From assembly GCF_000186885.1 (NCBI RefSeq), contig NC_014972.1, positions 780,001-812,000 of the forward strand: a stretch of 32,000 nucleotides of DNA, written 5' to 3'. Origin of the DNA: Desulfobulbus propionicus DSM 2032. GTDB lineage: Bacteria > Desulfobacterota > Desulfobulbia > Desulfobulbales > Desulfobulbaceae. Within the stretch, counting starts at the first letter, position 1. Every line of letters begins with the position of its first letter. The notes below the pieces were generated by a model, which was not told the DNA's origin, ran no database searches, and worked only from the letters and a program-made list of their open reading frames with translations. The position numbers were made by a program, and so were the translations under genes. This document shows positions 1 through 9,374 of this stretch, in pieces.

Positions 1-322
1 CGATTGAGTAGGCGATGAAGTCGGTGCTGCCGGCGGTGGCCAACGGTTGCAGCGAGGCGGCGGACATCAGCGACACCACCGCGACCGGGCCGGTGGCCAA
101 CTGCCGGCTGGAGCCGAACAGGGCGGCGACCATGGGCGGGAGAAAAGCGGCATACAGGCCGAAATAGGCCGGTAGGCCAGCCAGTTGCGCGTAAGCCATT
201 GATTGCGGGATCAGCACCAGGGCCACGGTCAGGCCGGCAAGGGCGTCGGTCTGGAAACTCTTGAGGTTGTAGCCTTTAATCCAACTCAGGAAGGGGAAAA
301 TTTTTGTCAGTACCATGTCCAT
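1..322 (-). CDS. SulP family sulfate permease / anion transporter, N-terminal part (truncated by window edge)
   Basis: Reverse-strand translation from ATG at 322 reads MDMVLTKIFPFLSWIKGYNLKSFQTDALAGLTVALVLIPQSMAYAQLAGLPAYFGLYAAFLPPMVAALFGSSRQLATGPVAVVSLM, matching the SulP N-terminal signature. Open to the window edge, so absent from the ORF track. Confidence 0.9.
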   Translation of the reverse strand, partial: MDMVLTKIFPFLSWIKGYNLKSFQTDALAGLTVALVLIPQSMAYAQLAGLPAYFGLYAAFLPPMVAALFGSSRQLATGPVAVVSLMSAASLQPLATAGSTDFIAYSI

Positions 323-356
323 CCGCTCGTGTTCGTAGAAGTCAAAGGTTATGGGG

Positions 357-947
357 TCAGGGTTTCAGCCAGCAGCGACACGACTCGATCACCTCTTCAT
401 AGAGCGATGTCGCTTGATATAAATTGTAGGTATCCAGCCGGACCAGGCCGTCGATCAGGGTGAAGATCAGCAGGGCTTTCTTGCTGGGCGAGACTGGACG
501 GATTGAACCATCCTCCATGCCGCGGAGGATCGCCTGTTCGAAAATGCTGATCAGACCGCTGTAGATTTCTTCCAGATATTGCCAGCATTTTGGGTTGTTG
601 GGCGCGATCTGATAATAGTGGTGGCGGTGGAGGAGAAGGAAGCGTTCCTCCATGACGCTGGACTGATACAGGTAGAACGAGATGGCTCCTTCCACCATTT
701 CCAGGCCATTGGCGAACTCGGTATTTTGGAGGTGCTGCTTGAAGGAGCCGACAAAATCTTCCTTGAATTTTTGCAGCACGGCGAGAAACAGGTCTTCCTT
801 GCTCTGAAAGTGGTAGAAGATGGTTCCCTCGGCCACGCCGGTGGCCTTGGAGATGTCACTGACCGACGTATCCCAGTAGCCCCGTTCGGCGAAGAATTTG
901 CTGGCCGCCTGGAGAATGGCTTCTTTTTTGGTTTGTGCACGTGCCAT
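357..947 (-). CDS. TetR/AcrR family transcriptional regulator
   Basis: 196 aa with N-terminal TetR helix-turn-helix: KKEAILQAASKFFAERGYWDTSVSDISKATGVAEGTIFYHFQSKEDLF. Upstream of and co-directional with the SulP gene. Confidence 0.95.
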   Translation of the reverse strand: MARAQTKKEAILQAASKFFAERGYWDTSVSDISKATGVAEGTIFYHFQSKEDLFLAVLQKFKEDFVGSFKQHLQNTEFANGLEMVEGAISFYLYQSSVMEERFLLLHRHHYYQIAPNNPKCWQYLEEIYSGLISIFEQAILRGMEDGSIRPVSPSKKALLIFTLIDGLVRLDTYNLYQATSLYEEVIESCRCWLKP

Positions 948-975
948 GTGTGGGTGACCCTTGGGGGATAGTCTT

Positions 976-1034
976 TGAGTGAGCGCTCAGGTAAAAATGG
1001 AAGTGAGAATAGTTTTCGACTGAGCACTCACTCA
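976..1034. promoter_or_regulatory. Candidate TetR-family operator pair upstream of the TetR gene
   Basis: TGAGTGAGCGCTCA at 976-989 and TGAGCACTCACTCA at 1021-1034 are inverted copies with one mismatch. The first contains the perfect palindrome TGAGCGCTCA (980-989). Confidence 0.6.
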
Positions 1035-1185
1035 GGATTAAGTGAGTGTTAGATACCCTTCAATGACCATCCGGTCAAACGCTTTTTTTGACTATCAGAA
1101 ATATTTATGAAAAAGGCTGGCAAACAGCAAGGAAAGGGCGCACCGACAGGTCGAGACCCAGGGAGATCGGTTGGCACGCGCGGGA

Positions 1186-2937
1186 TTATCGTTTGCGTCG
1201 CGCCGTTGAGCGGTTTGCCGGAGGTGAAGTGGACTCTTTAGGAGAGCATGGATGACTCGTGGCAAGAGCGGCCTTTTGCCGTTCGCGGCCGACGTCGTTT
1301 TTTTCCACAAAGCAGGGGGACTTGCTGAAAGGGTCGGTTTCGGTCCAGTACATCAGGGTCGACCAGGTACAGGGGGTGGGCGTGAACAGCTGCACCTGGC
1401 GGGGCACAAGGTGAAGTTCCCGCTGGCAGAAGGCGCGCAGCCGCTCCATGGCCGCCTGGGTGCAACCCGGATGGGCGGCGATCAGGTAGTAGGTGAGGAA
1501 CTGGCGGAGACCTTCTTCCTCGGTCAGCCGGTTGAACAGGCGGCGGAATTGCAGCAAGGATTCCGTGCCCGGCTTGCCCATGGCGGCGAGCACCTCGGCT
1601 TCGCTGTGTTCCGGCGCGATCTTCATTTGGCCGGAAACATGGTGGCGCACCAGCTCGCGCAGATAGTCCAGTCCCTTTTTGTGGTCGGCCAGGATCAGAT
1701 CGTAGCGGACACCCGAGGCCACGGCGATCTTCTTGATGCCCCGAACCCCCCGCAGCCGTTGCAGCAGGGCAATGAGCGGGCCGTGGTCGATGCGCAGGCT
1801 CGGGCAGATGGCCGGAAAGAGGCAACGTTTGTCCCGGCAGGCCCCCCTGGCCAGTTTTTTGGCGCATTCAAATCCGTACATGTTAGCGGTCGGTCCGCCG
1901 ACATCGGCGATCATCCCCTTGAACGAAGGATGCGCCGCCAGGGTTTCCGCCTCGCGGACAATCGAGGTCGCGCTACGCTGCTGGATGGTCCGGCCCTGGT
2001 GCACGGCAATGGCGCAGAAGTTACACTCGCCGTAGCAGCCGCGGTGGGTGGTCAGGGCGAAGCGGATGGTGTCCAGGGCCCGAACCTGTCCCCGCTGCCG
2101 ATCGAGGGGATGGAGCTCGCGCTCGAAATCGAGGGCATGCACGGCGTCGAGTTCCTCGGTCGACAAGGGCAGGGGCGGCGGGTTGTGGACGAGAAAGCGG
2201 CTGTCCTGCTGCTGGGCCAGCGGCCGGGCGGTGAGGGGATCGTTATGGTCGTAAAAGGTGCGGAACATGGCGGTGAATGCCTGTTTGTCCTGGGCCACGG
2301 TTTGGTGGGCCGGCAGGAGCAGGGCCTGTTCCGGTGCGGTGGGCGCGATGTGGCAGAGGCCGCGAATGAAGGTGGGCGGTTCGCCGGCCGCCAAGGTTCG
2401 GGCCAGTTCGACCACGCTGCGTTCGGCCATGCCGTAGAGCAGATAGTCGGCCTTGGCATCGAAGAGGATCGACCGCCGCACCCGGTTGTCCCAGTAGTCG
2501 TAATGGGAGACGCGCCGCAGGCTGGCTTCGATGCCGCCCAGTACCAGGGGCACGGTCTTCTTGAAATGCTGGCGGATCAGGTTGGCGTAGGCGATCACCG
2601 CCCGGTCCGGGCGGCGGGTGTTCTCGCCGCCGGGGGTGTAGTCGTCGCTCCGCCGCCGTTTGCCCGAAGCTGTGCGGTTGGCGACCATGGAATCGATCGA
2701 GCCGCCGGTGATGCCCCAGAACAGCAATGGTTCGCCCAAGCGGGTGATGTCGGCGGCCGAGCCGATGTCGGGCTGGGCAATGATACCCACCCGAAACCCC
2801 TGCCGGGCCAACAGCTTGCCGATCACCGCCACGCCGATGAAGGGCGAGTCGATGTAGGCATCGCCGGTGACCAGGATCACATCGAGCCGCGCCCAACCCA
2901 GTCGCTTCATTTCCTCGCGGGTGCAGGGGAGAAACAT
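1186..2937 (-). CDS. YgiQ family radical SAM protein
   Basis: From MFLPCTREEMKRLGWARLDVILVTGDAYIDSPFIGVAVIGKLL. Contains the radical SAM motif CYGECNFCAI and the YgiQ-type segment HVSGQMKIAPEHSE. The track ORF starts at 3063, but the start at 2937 fits the family and directly follows the upstream stop. Confidence 0.93.
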   Translation of the reverse strand: MFLPCTREEMKRLGWARLDVILVTGDAYIDSPFIGVAVIGKLLARQGFRVGIIAQPDIGSAADITRLGEPLLFWGITGGSIDSMVANRTASGKRRRSDDYTPGGENTRRPDRAVIAYANLIRQHFKKTVPLVLGGIEASLRRVSHYDYWDNRVRRSILFDAKADYLLYGMAERSVVELARTLAAGEPPTFIRGLCHIAPTAPEQALLLPAHQTVAQDKQAFTAMFRTFYDHNDPLTARPLAQQQDSRFLVHNPPPLPLSTEELDAVHALDFERELHPLDRQRGQVRALDTIRFALTTHRGCYGECNFCAIAVHQGRTIQQRSATSIVREAETLAAHPSFKGMIADVGGPTANMYGFECAKKLARGACRDKRCLFPAICPSLRIDHGPLIALLQRLRGVRGIKKIAVASGVRYDLILADHKKGLDYLRELVRHHVSGQMKIAPEHSEAEVLAAMGKPGTESLLQFRRLFNRLTEEEGLRQFLTYYLIAAHPGCTQAAMERLRAFCQRELHLVPRQVQLFTPTPCTWSTLMYWTETDPFSKSPCFVEKNDVGRERQKAALATSHPCSPKESTSPPANRSTARRKR

Positions 2938-2938
2938 G

Positions 2939-4252
2939 TCACGCCTCCATGTCGGCGAGAAGCGAGGCGGCCGCCGAACGGCCGGCCAGCCAGCCGGTGG
3001 AAAAGGCGGCCTGCAGGTTGTAGCCGCCGGTGTCGGCCTGCACATCGAGCATTTCACCGGCAAAGTAGAGCCCCCGGACCAGGCGCGAGGCCATGGTACG
3101 CGGATCGACCTCGCGGGTGTCGATGCCGCCGGCGGTGACGATGGCCTCTGCCAGGGGCCGGTGTCCGGTGACGGTGAGGCGGAAATTTTTCAGCCAGTGG
3201 CGCAGCCGTTTGCGTTCCTCGCTGCGGATGGTGCCAGCCAGCCGTTCCGTGGTCAGCCCACTTTCCTCCAGGGCCACGGGAACCATCTCCTTGGGCAGTA
3301 GCCCGCGGAGCACACTGCTGATCGGTTCCAACCGACGGTGCTCGAAGTCGCGCCGCAGGCGGGCATCGAGCTTGTGTTCGTCCAGGGCGGGCTTGAGGTC
3401 GAGCAGCAGGACAACCGTCCGGCCCTCGACCAGGGTATCGACTATCCGGCTGCTCAGGGTGAGGATCACCGGGCCGCCGAGGCCGTCCTCGGTGAAGGTC
3501 AGCTCGCCGAAGGCCTCGGCGCGCTTCTTGCCGTCGATAAACAGTCGGACAAGAATGTTGCGCAGTTGCAGATCGCTCATTCGGCCGGTCGCCGATCCGG
3601 CGGTGAGCAGCGGCACCAGGGCCGGACGGATTGGCACCACATGATGACCGGCCGCCTCGGCCAAGGAATAACCGTCGCCGGTGGAGCCGGTGAGCGGATA
3701 GGAAGCGCCGCCGGTGGCCAGGATCAGGGCGTCGCCGGCGAGTGTCTCGCCGCCCGCGCAACGCACCCCGGTCACCCGGCCATCCTTGAGGCACACCCGT
3801 TCGATGGCATGGCCGCCGCGAATCGTCACCCCGCACTGCCGCAGCCATCGCTCCAAGGCCGCCAGCACCTCCGGCGCCTTGCCCGATGCAGGAAAGACGC
3901 GGCCGCCGCGTTCGGTGATCGTCGTCAGGCCCAGATCCTCGAAAAATCCAAGCAGTTCGGGGGTGAAAAAGCGGTGAAAGGCCTGGCGGAGAAAGGAACC
4001 GGTTGGGCCGAAATGGCCGAGGAAGTCGGGCAGGGGGGCGACGTTGGTCAGGTTGCAGCGGCCCTTGCCGGTGATGCACAGCTTGCGGCCCGGCCGGGGC
4101 ATTTTCTCGAGGACCACCACGTCCACCCCGGCGAGCGCGGCCTGGCCGGCGGCCATCAGGCCGGCCGGACCGCCGCCCGCCACCAGCAGGCGCGGACGTT
4201 TCTGGTCAGAATCGGAAACAGGGCGATGTCGAGCGGGCAGTGTGTTGATCAT
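2939..4252 (-). CDS. NAD(P)/FAD-dependent oxidoreductase, HI0933/YhiN/BaiN-like family
   Basis: 437 aa with Rossmann motif LLVAGGGPAGLMAAGQAALAGVDVVVLEKMPRPGRKLCITGKGRCNLTN and C-terminal GGIDTREVDPRTMASRLVRGLYFAGEMLDVQADTGGYNLQAAFSTG. Confidence 0.93.
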   Translation of the reverse strand: MINTLPARHRPVSDSDQKRPRLLVAGGGPAGLMAAGQAALAGVDVVVLEKMPRPGRKLCITGKGRCNLTNVAPLPDFLGHFGPTGSFLRQAFHRFFTPELLGFFEDLGLTTITERGGRVFPASGKAPEVLAALERWLRQCGVTIRGGHAIERVCLKDGRVTGVRCAGGETLAGDALILATGGASYPLTGSTGDGYSLAEAAGHHVVPIRPALVPLLTAGSATGRMSDLQLRNILVRLFIDGKKRAEAFGELTFTEDGLGGPVILTLSSRIVDTLVEGRTVVLLLDLKPALDEHKLDARLRRDFEHRRLEPISSVLRGLLPKEMVPVALEESGLTTERLAGTIRSEERKRLRHWLKNFRLTVTGHRPLAEAIVTAGGIDTREVDPRTMASRLVRGLYFAGEMLDVQADTGGYNLQAAFSTGWLAGRSAAASLLADMEA

Positions 4253-4430
4253 GGCCCACTCCTACACCAATCGCCGGGAAAAAACATCACAATCCTCGAT
4301 GGGCCCCGGCAAGGCGCTCTTGTCCCTGCCGCTGGTGTTGACAGAACCGATTTGCTTCACTAATGAAAGCACAAGTCGCCTGGAGCAGAATGAAGGGGCG
4401 ATAATGCGCTGGAATCGCAGGGAGGACTGC

Positions 4431-6140
4431 ATGGACGATTCGTTACCAGGGTTGATTTTGACCGGTGCCTCCGGTTTTGTCGGGCGGAATTTCATCAAGG
4501 CGGCCACCGGCCGGTTCCGTCTGTTCTGCGTGGCCCGACGGTCGATGGAGGAGGCCGGGGTACAGCCGGACGCCAACCTGCGCTGGATCCAGGTGGATAT
4601 CGCCGACCAGGACAAACTGCACAACCTGCTCCAGCGGGTGCGCGATCACGGCGGCGCCGATTACGTGGTCAACCTGGCCGGCTACTACGACTTCACCAAC
4701 CAGGAGCATCCCGAATACACCCGCACCAATATCCTTGGCACCCGCAACATGCTCGAACTGGCCAAGGAACTGCGCGTCAAACGGTTTGTCTTTGCCAGTT
4801 CGCAAGCCGCCTGTCCGTTCGGCCCGGTGATCACCGAGCAGACCGCCGCCGATGCCCCCATCCCCTACGCGCGCAGTAAACGGGCCGGCGAAGAGCTGCT
4901 CAAGGAGTATTCCCCCTGGGTGCCGGGGGCCATCATCCGCATCGCGGCGGTGTTCAGCGACTGGTGCGAATATCCGCCCCTGTACACCCTGCTCAACAAC
5001 TGGTGTTCGGGCAAATGGCTTGAATCGCGGCTCATCGCCGGTCGCGGTCAGTCCGCCCTCCCTTATGTGCATGTGCACGATCTGGTGCAGCTCCTGCTCC
5101 GAGTGGTCGAGAAGAGCGACGAGCTGGGGCAACTGTGCACCTTCAACGCCGGGCCGGATGGCGCCGTGTCCCACCTGGAACTGTTTCGCATCGCCTCTCA
5201 GTTTTATTACAACCGTCACCTGCGACCGCTGTTCGTCAACCGCTGGCTGCTGGGGCCGATGATCCTGGGGCGACGGCTGCTCAGTCGTCTGCAGGGCAAG
5301 GAACCCTTCGAGCAATTATGGATGGCCAAGTACATCGACCAGCGTCTGGTGGCCGATAGTTCGCGGACGCGGCAGATCCTGGGGTGGAAACCGACGCCGC
5401 GCAAGTCGATCACCCGCCGGCTGGTGTTTCTCATCGAAAACATGAAGCGCAACCCGGAGTTGTGGCGCAACTGGAACGAGGCCATGCTGCGCAAGGCCGC
5501 CGACCGGCCGCATTTGGCTCTGCACGAACTGTTGTGCGACACCCTGGACGCGGCCCGGGATACCGTGGTTCACGCCCTGACCGCCCAACTGCTGTCCCGC
5601 GACGCGGTGATCGCGGAGATCACCGCCCAGTCGCTGGACGCGGAGCAGCCCCAGGGATATGCCAGCTGCATCCGCGCCCTGCAGGCTATGGACCGGTCGG
5701 TGGCCGATTCGTTCTTCCGCCTGCTCTATCAGCTGATCGTCACCGTGATGCGGACCCGCAACCGGCCGATGATGCAGCAGTATGCCCACACCATCGCCTT
5801 TTTGCCGATGCACGCCGGCTTTGCCAACGGCCTGGCCAGCCGCAGTTTGTTCATCATCGGCGAATATCTGGTCCAGCACTACCGCGGCCGGCCCAAGTTC
5901 CAGCAGATGACCCCCTTGGCCGATGACTACATCAGCATGACCATCCATATGGCCATCGACCGGATCGAGGATCAGGCGGAACTGGCCAAATTGCAGTCGC
6001 CGATTTTGCTGGAGGAGCTACGCCGGATGCCGCCGCCGGCGGACAACAGGCGGCTGGAAAAGGTGATCGCCCAGCTGGAGGATCTGTGCAACGAGGCCAT
6101 TGCCGGCCAGTCGTGGACCAGTCCGCTGGTCAAGGAGTAG
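4431..6140 (+). CDS. NAD-dependent epimerase/dehydratase (extended SDR) with a long uncharacterised C-terminal region
   Basis: ATG 4431 preceded by GGAGG. N-terminal LTGASGFVGRNFIKAA, NLAGYYDFTN and active-site-like PYARSKRAGEELL. About 230 further residues follow the SDR domain. Confidence 0.85.
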   Translation: MDDSLPGLILTGASGFVGRNFIKAATGRFRLFCVARRSMEEAGVQPDANLRWIQVDIADQDKLHNLLQRVRDHGGADYVVNLAGYYDFTNQEHPEYTRTNILGTRNMLELAKELRVKRFVFASSQAACPFGPVITEQTAADAPIPYARSKRAGEELLKEYSPWVPGAIIRIAAVFSDWCEYPPLYTLLNNWCSGKWLESRLIAGRGQSALPYVHVHDLVQLLLRVVEKSDELGQLCTFNAGPDGAVSHLELFRIASQFYYNRHLRPLFVNRWLLGPMILGRRLLSRLQGKEPFEQLWMAKYIDQRLVADSSRTRQILGWKPTPRKSITRRLVFLIENMKRNPELWRNWNEAMLRKAADRPHLALHELLCDTLDAARDTVVHALTAQLLSRDAVIAEITAQSLDAEQPQGYASCIRALQAMDRSVADSFFRLLYQLIVTVMRTRNRPMMQQYAHTIAFLPMHAGFANGLASRSLFIIGEYLVQHYRGRPKFQQMTPLADDYISMTIHMAIDRIEDQAELAKLQSPILLEELRRMPPPADNRRLEKVIAQLEDLCNEAIAGQSWTSPLVKE

Positions 6141-6178
6141 GCGAAAGGCGCGCTGGCAAGCCGGGCGGCACAATCGGA

Positions 6179-6817
6179 TCACACCGGTATCCGGTCGCCC
6201 AGATGTTTGGGACGCGTCTTGAACAGCTCGATATCGAGCACACAGATGACCTTGGAGAATACTTCCCGTATCCTTGTCTTGATTCCAGCATGACGGTCCA
6301 CATCGTCGGCGTTGTAGCCGTACAGCTCAATGCCCCATGACCGGCCGATGTAAATGGCTCTGCTGTTGTGAAATTTCTGCGAGACGACAATCCCTTTTTG
6401 CTGATTGAACACTTCTTTAAAGCGAACGATGGAATCGAGCGTTCGTAATCCGGCAAAATCGCAGACAATGTCCCGCTCGTTGACCCCCTGTTTGACGATA
6501 TCGTTCTTCATGTCCCGCGCTTCGTTGTAGGCATGGGTTCTGTTATCGCCCGAGACGATGATTTTTTGACATTTTCCAGCCCGATACAACCTGACCGCGG
6601 CGGTAATCCGGTTGGTGTAATAGTGGTTTTCGCGGCCATTTTTCAAGAATTTCGTCGTGCCCAGGACAATGGCGCAATATGCAGGCGGAATCTGTTCCAG
6701 ATGGTCGAACGTATATTGTTCGTATCGGTTGATCGTGATGTTCGCCCAGGCAATTGCTGCCACACACAGGAAAAGAAAGGCTCCGGTCATTCGCTTGCTA
6801 ATCCGTTTGACGTTCAT
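6179..6817 (-). CDS. SanA-like protein (ElyC/SanA/YdcF, DUF218 family)
   Basis: 212 aa; YCAIVLGTTKFLKNGRENHYYTNRITAAVRLYRAGKCQKIIVSGDN and TLDSIVRFKEVFNQQKGIVVSQKFHNSRAIYI follow the E. coli SanA pattern, including the C-terminal FKTRPKHLGDRIPV. Confidence 0.9.
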   Translation of the reverse strand: MNVKRISKRMTGAFLFLCVAAIAWANITINRYEQYTFDHLEQIPPAYCAIVLGTTKFLKNGRENHYYTNRITAAVRLYRAGKCQKIIVSGDNRTHAYNEARDMKNDIVKQGVNERDIVCDFAGLRTLDSIVRFKEVFNQQKGIVVSQKFHNSRAIYIGRSWGIELYGYNADDVDRHAGIKTRIREVFSKVICVLDIELFKTRPKHLGDRIPV

Positions 6818-6942
6818 TGGCGATGGCTTCGGGTGACATTCGTCGCGGGCGTTGGACGGTTGTCGAGCACTGGACTGGTTGAGGGCTTTCCGACGGCCAG
6901 CTGTTGCGGCCTGCGGGAAAAGGAGCGGGCCCAGGCGACATG

Positions 6943-6989
6943 CGGCTTCCGGTTACCCCTGTGCGGGATCACTGCGTAACCGGAAGCCG
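6943..6989. repeat. 14-bp perfect inverted repeat (hairpin) between two minus-strand genes
   Basis: CGGCTTCCGGTTAC (6943-6956) and GTAACCGGAAGCCG (6976-6989), 19-nt loop. Lies 31 bp past the stop codon of the gene at 7020-8042. No T-tract. Confidence 0.75.
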
Positions 6990-7019
6990 ACCAATGCGAT
7001 TACGATTCGGCGAGCCCTC

Positions 7020-8042
7020 TCATTGCCGACCGTAGAGGATGCCCGCCGGCACCTGCTTGACATCGGCGGTGCCGGTGAGCAGCATGGCCTGGAGCAGTTC
7101 GCCCTTCAGCTGGTTGAGATAGAGGGCCACGCCTTCACGGCCGCCTCCGAAGGCGGCGATCACCAGCGGCCGGCCGACCAGCACCGCATCCGCGCCCAGG
7201 GCCAACAGCTTGAGCACGTCGGCCCCGCTGCGCACGCCGCCATCGGCGAAGATGATCGCCTTGCCCTTGACCCGGGCGGCAATGGCCGGCAGCACTTCGG
7301 CCGCGCCGGGGGTGAAATCGAGCACCCGGCCGCCGTGGTTGGACACGACAATGGCCGCGGCTCCGGCCTGCACCGCCTCTTCGGCCTCGTCGGCGGTCAT
7401 CACGCCCTTGACGATGAACGGCAGCTTGGTGGCGTTGATCACCTCGCGCAGCTCGGTCGCGGTCTTGGGACCGACCGGCTGCCCCTTCATCGCCATGGTG
7501 ACCAGGCCGGCGCCGTCGATATCCATGCCCGTGGCCAGCACGCCGGTGGCCTCGGCGGCGCGGAGATGGCCGACGACCACGTCCTGGGCCCGCGGTTTGA
7601 TGATCGCGATCGAGCCGCCCTTGTTGTCGGCCCCGGCCTTGAGCCCGCTGTCGAACATGCGCGGGTCGGCACCGTCACCGGTCATGCACAGGGTGCCGGC
7701 CTGGATCGCGCCGGCCACCATCTCGGCGATGAATTCCTCCTCGGTCATCTTGCCGCCCATGTTGTAGGAGGAACCGGTGATGGGCGCGCCGAGGATCGGC
7801 ATGGACAGCTTTCTGCCCCACAGGGTCAGGCTCATGTCCGGCTCCTTGACGCTGTGGATGGTGCGCATGTTCAACTTGACTTTGGCCAGGGCCTCCAGAT
7901 TAACCTTGAAGGCGCTGCCGGTGCCCACGCCGCCCATGCCCGGCACCTCTCCGGCGCAGGCGCGGCCGTCGCACACCGGGCAGACCCGGCAGAATCCCTT
8001 GAGCTGTTCACGGGCATGTTCCCGAACTGATTTCATATCCAT
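7020..8042 (-). CDS. FMN-dependent alpha-hydroxy-acid oxidizing protein (glycolate/lactate oxidase-like family) with N-terminal cysteine cluster
   Basis: 340 aa; FMN/substrate motifs KLPFIVKGVMTADEAEEAVQAGAAAIVVSNHGGRVLD and IIFADGGVRSGADVLKLLALGADAVLVGRP. Confidence 0.9.
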   Translation of the reverse strand: MDMKSVREHAREQLKGFCRVCPVCDGRACAGEVPGMGGVGTGSAFKVNLEALAKVKLNMRTIHSVKEPDMSLTLWGRKLSMPILGAPITGSSYNMGGKMTEEEFIAEMVAGAIQAGTLCMTGDGADPRMFDSGLKAGADNKGGSIAIIKPRAQDVVVGHLRAAEATGVLATGMDIDGAGLVTMAMKGQPVGPKTATELREVINATKLPFIVKGVMTADEAEEAVQAGAAAIVVSNHGGRVLDFTPGAAEVLPAIAARVKGKAIIFADGGVRSGADVLKLLALGADAVLVGRPLVIAAFGGGREGVALYLNQLKGELLQAMLLTGTADVKQVPAGILYGRQ

Positions 8043-8324
8043 TGTGTGTCCTCCTGGCCTTCAGGCATCTGCCGCACCCGCGCAATGGTGGGGGATGCTG
8101 AAGCCGATAAAAATGTTTCTCAAACAATACGTGGCCGTCGGGACAGAGGGCGGGACGGCCGGAGCGGGTTGCGCTTCCAGCCGTCATCCACCGGTCGAGC
8201 CAAACCAGCCGATGTGTATTCAACCATCCCCGGCGGGGATTGTTCAACAACTTTGCGCACGGTGGGGCAAACTGATCGCGCCAGCACGCCGAATCCGCGC
8301 AGGAGATCGCGAGCCATGGCCGGT

Positions 8325-9044
8325 TTATCCGACGATCATCAGGATGCCCAGTCCCATCAGCAAGCCGTAAACCAGCTGCAGGTAGCGGCGGCGGTTGATC
8401 CGTCCGCCGATTCGTGAGCCGATCATCGTGCCTGCCAGCACAAATGGCAGGGTGACCGCGAAGTAACCCAGGGTTTGCGCGCCGATCAGGCCGCTGAAGG
8501 CGTGGACGCCGGCGGTCAGGTAGCCGTTGATCATGAAAAATCCGGTGAGCGTGGCCTTGATCTCCTCCTTTTTCCAGTCGTGGAGGGTGGTGTAGATGAT
8601 GGCTGGCGGACCGCCGGCGGCCACGGTCGCGTTGATCGCCCCGGAAAAAAAACCGGCGATATATCCCCATGCGCGCGCGGGATTGATCGCCTTGGGGGTG
8701 AACACCAGATTGAAGCAGCTGACGCCGATCAGCAGCAGGCCCAGCAGGGTTTTGATCAGGTTGGGGTCAATCGTTTTGAGCAGCAGGGTGCCGGTATAGA
8801 TGCCCGGCAGGGAGCCGAGCAGCAGAGGGAGAATCTTGCGCCGATCGAGAAAGCGGCGCAGTTCCCAGGCCAGGGTGGTGGAAATGAGCAGGGTGCTGAT
8901 GATGCACACGCTCACCGCCAGCTTGACATCCATGATCAGGCACAGCAGGGGAATGGCCAGCAGGCCGGCGCCAAAACCGGTCAGCCCCTGGACCGTGCCG
9001 GCAAAAAGAAAAATGAGGCTGGCAAGGAGATAGGTGGTGCTCAT
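8325..9044 (-). CDS. TauE/SafE family sulfite exporter-like membrane protein
   Basis: 239 aa, multi-TM; FAGTVQGLTGFGAGLLAIPLLCLIMDVKLAVSVCIISTLL and LGSLPGIYTGTLLLKTIDPNLIKTLLGLLLIG are typical of the family. Confidence 0.88.
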   Translation of the reverse strand: MSTTYLLASLIFLFAGTVQGLTGFGAGLLAIPLLCLIMDVKLAVSVCIISTLLISTTLAWELRRFLDRRKILPLLLGSLPGIYTGTLLLKTIDPNLIKTLLGLLLIGVSCFNLVFTPKAINPARAWGYIAGFFSGAINATVAAGGPPAIIYTTLHDWKKEEIKATLTGFFMINGYLTAGVHAFSGLIGAQTLGYFAVTLPFVLAGTMIGSRIGGRINRRRYLQLVYGLLMGLGILMIVG

Positions 9045-9374
9045 GGGCGGCGTGCTCCGGGAAGAGGGATCGGAATAAGAGGGTCGTTCAGGTCAGGGGG
9101 CGTTGACTGGTGCCCCGGGCAGCGCGCGGACCTTGGCCGGGGGCTCGCACGCCACCTTAAACTGAACCGGGCGATGGGGGCAAGGGAAAGGCGGGTAGGG
9201 CGATGGAGATGTCGAGGGTGGGTCGTGATCCGTCCGGGGCGGCAACATGGTCAGTATGGGCAGCTTGTTTCTCCTCCTGATAATTTTTGCTTTGACGTTC
9301 AATACGTTATCCCCTAGAGTGCGATTCTGGCCTTCGTGGTGGGCCGTTCACCTCTGCACCCCCTGAACAATTCC

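Noticed and set aside
1252-3138. 628-aa plus-strand ORF opposite the YgiQ-type gene
   Set aside because: Shadow ORF caused by high GC3. Low-complexity Gly/His/Arg-rich translation with no motifs, and the opposite strand encodes a recognisable radical SAM protein.
3054-4363. Several ORFs (3054..4079 -, 3093..3644 +, 3338..4363 +) over the HI0933-like gene
   Set aside because: Overlap in other frames/strand with a well-supported flavoprotein; compositions look like frame-shadow translations.
8641-8660. A8 homopolymer in the TauE/SafE-like gene as a possible phase-variation or frameshift site
   Set aside because: The frame is intact and the tract encodes an ordinary Phe-containing TM segment (GFFSG). 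A single short tract gives no support for programmed slippage.
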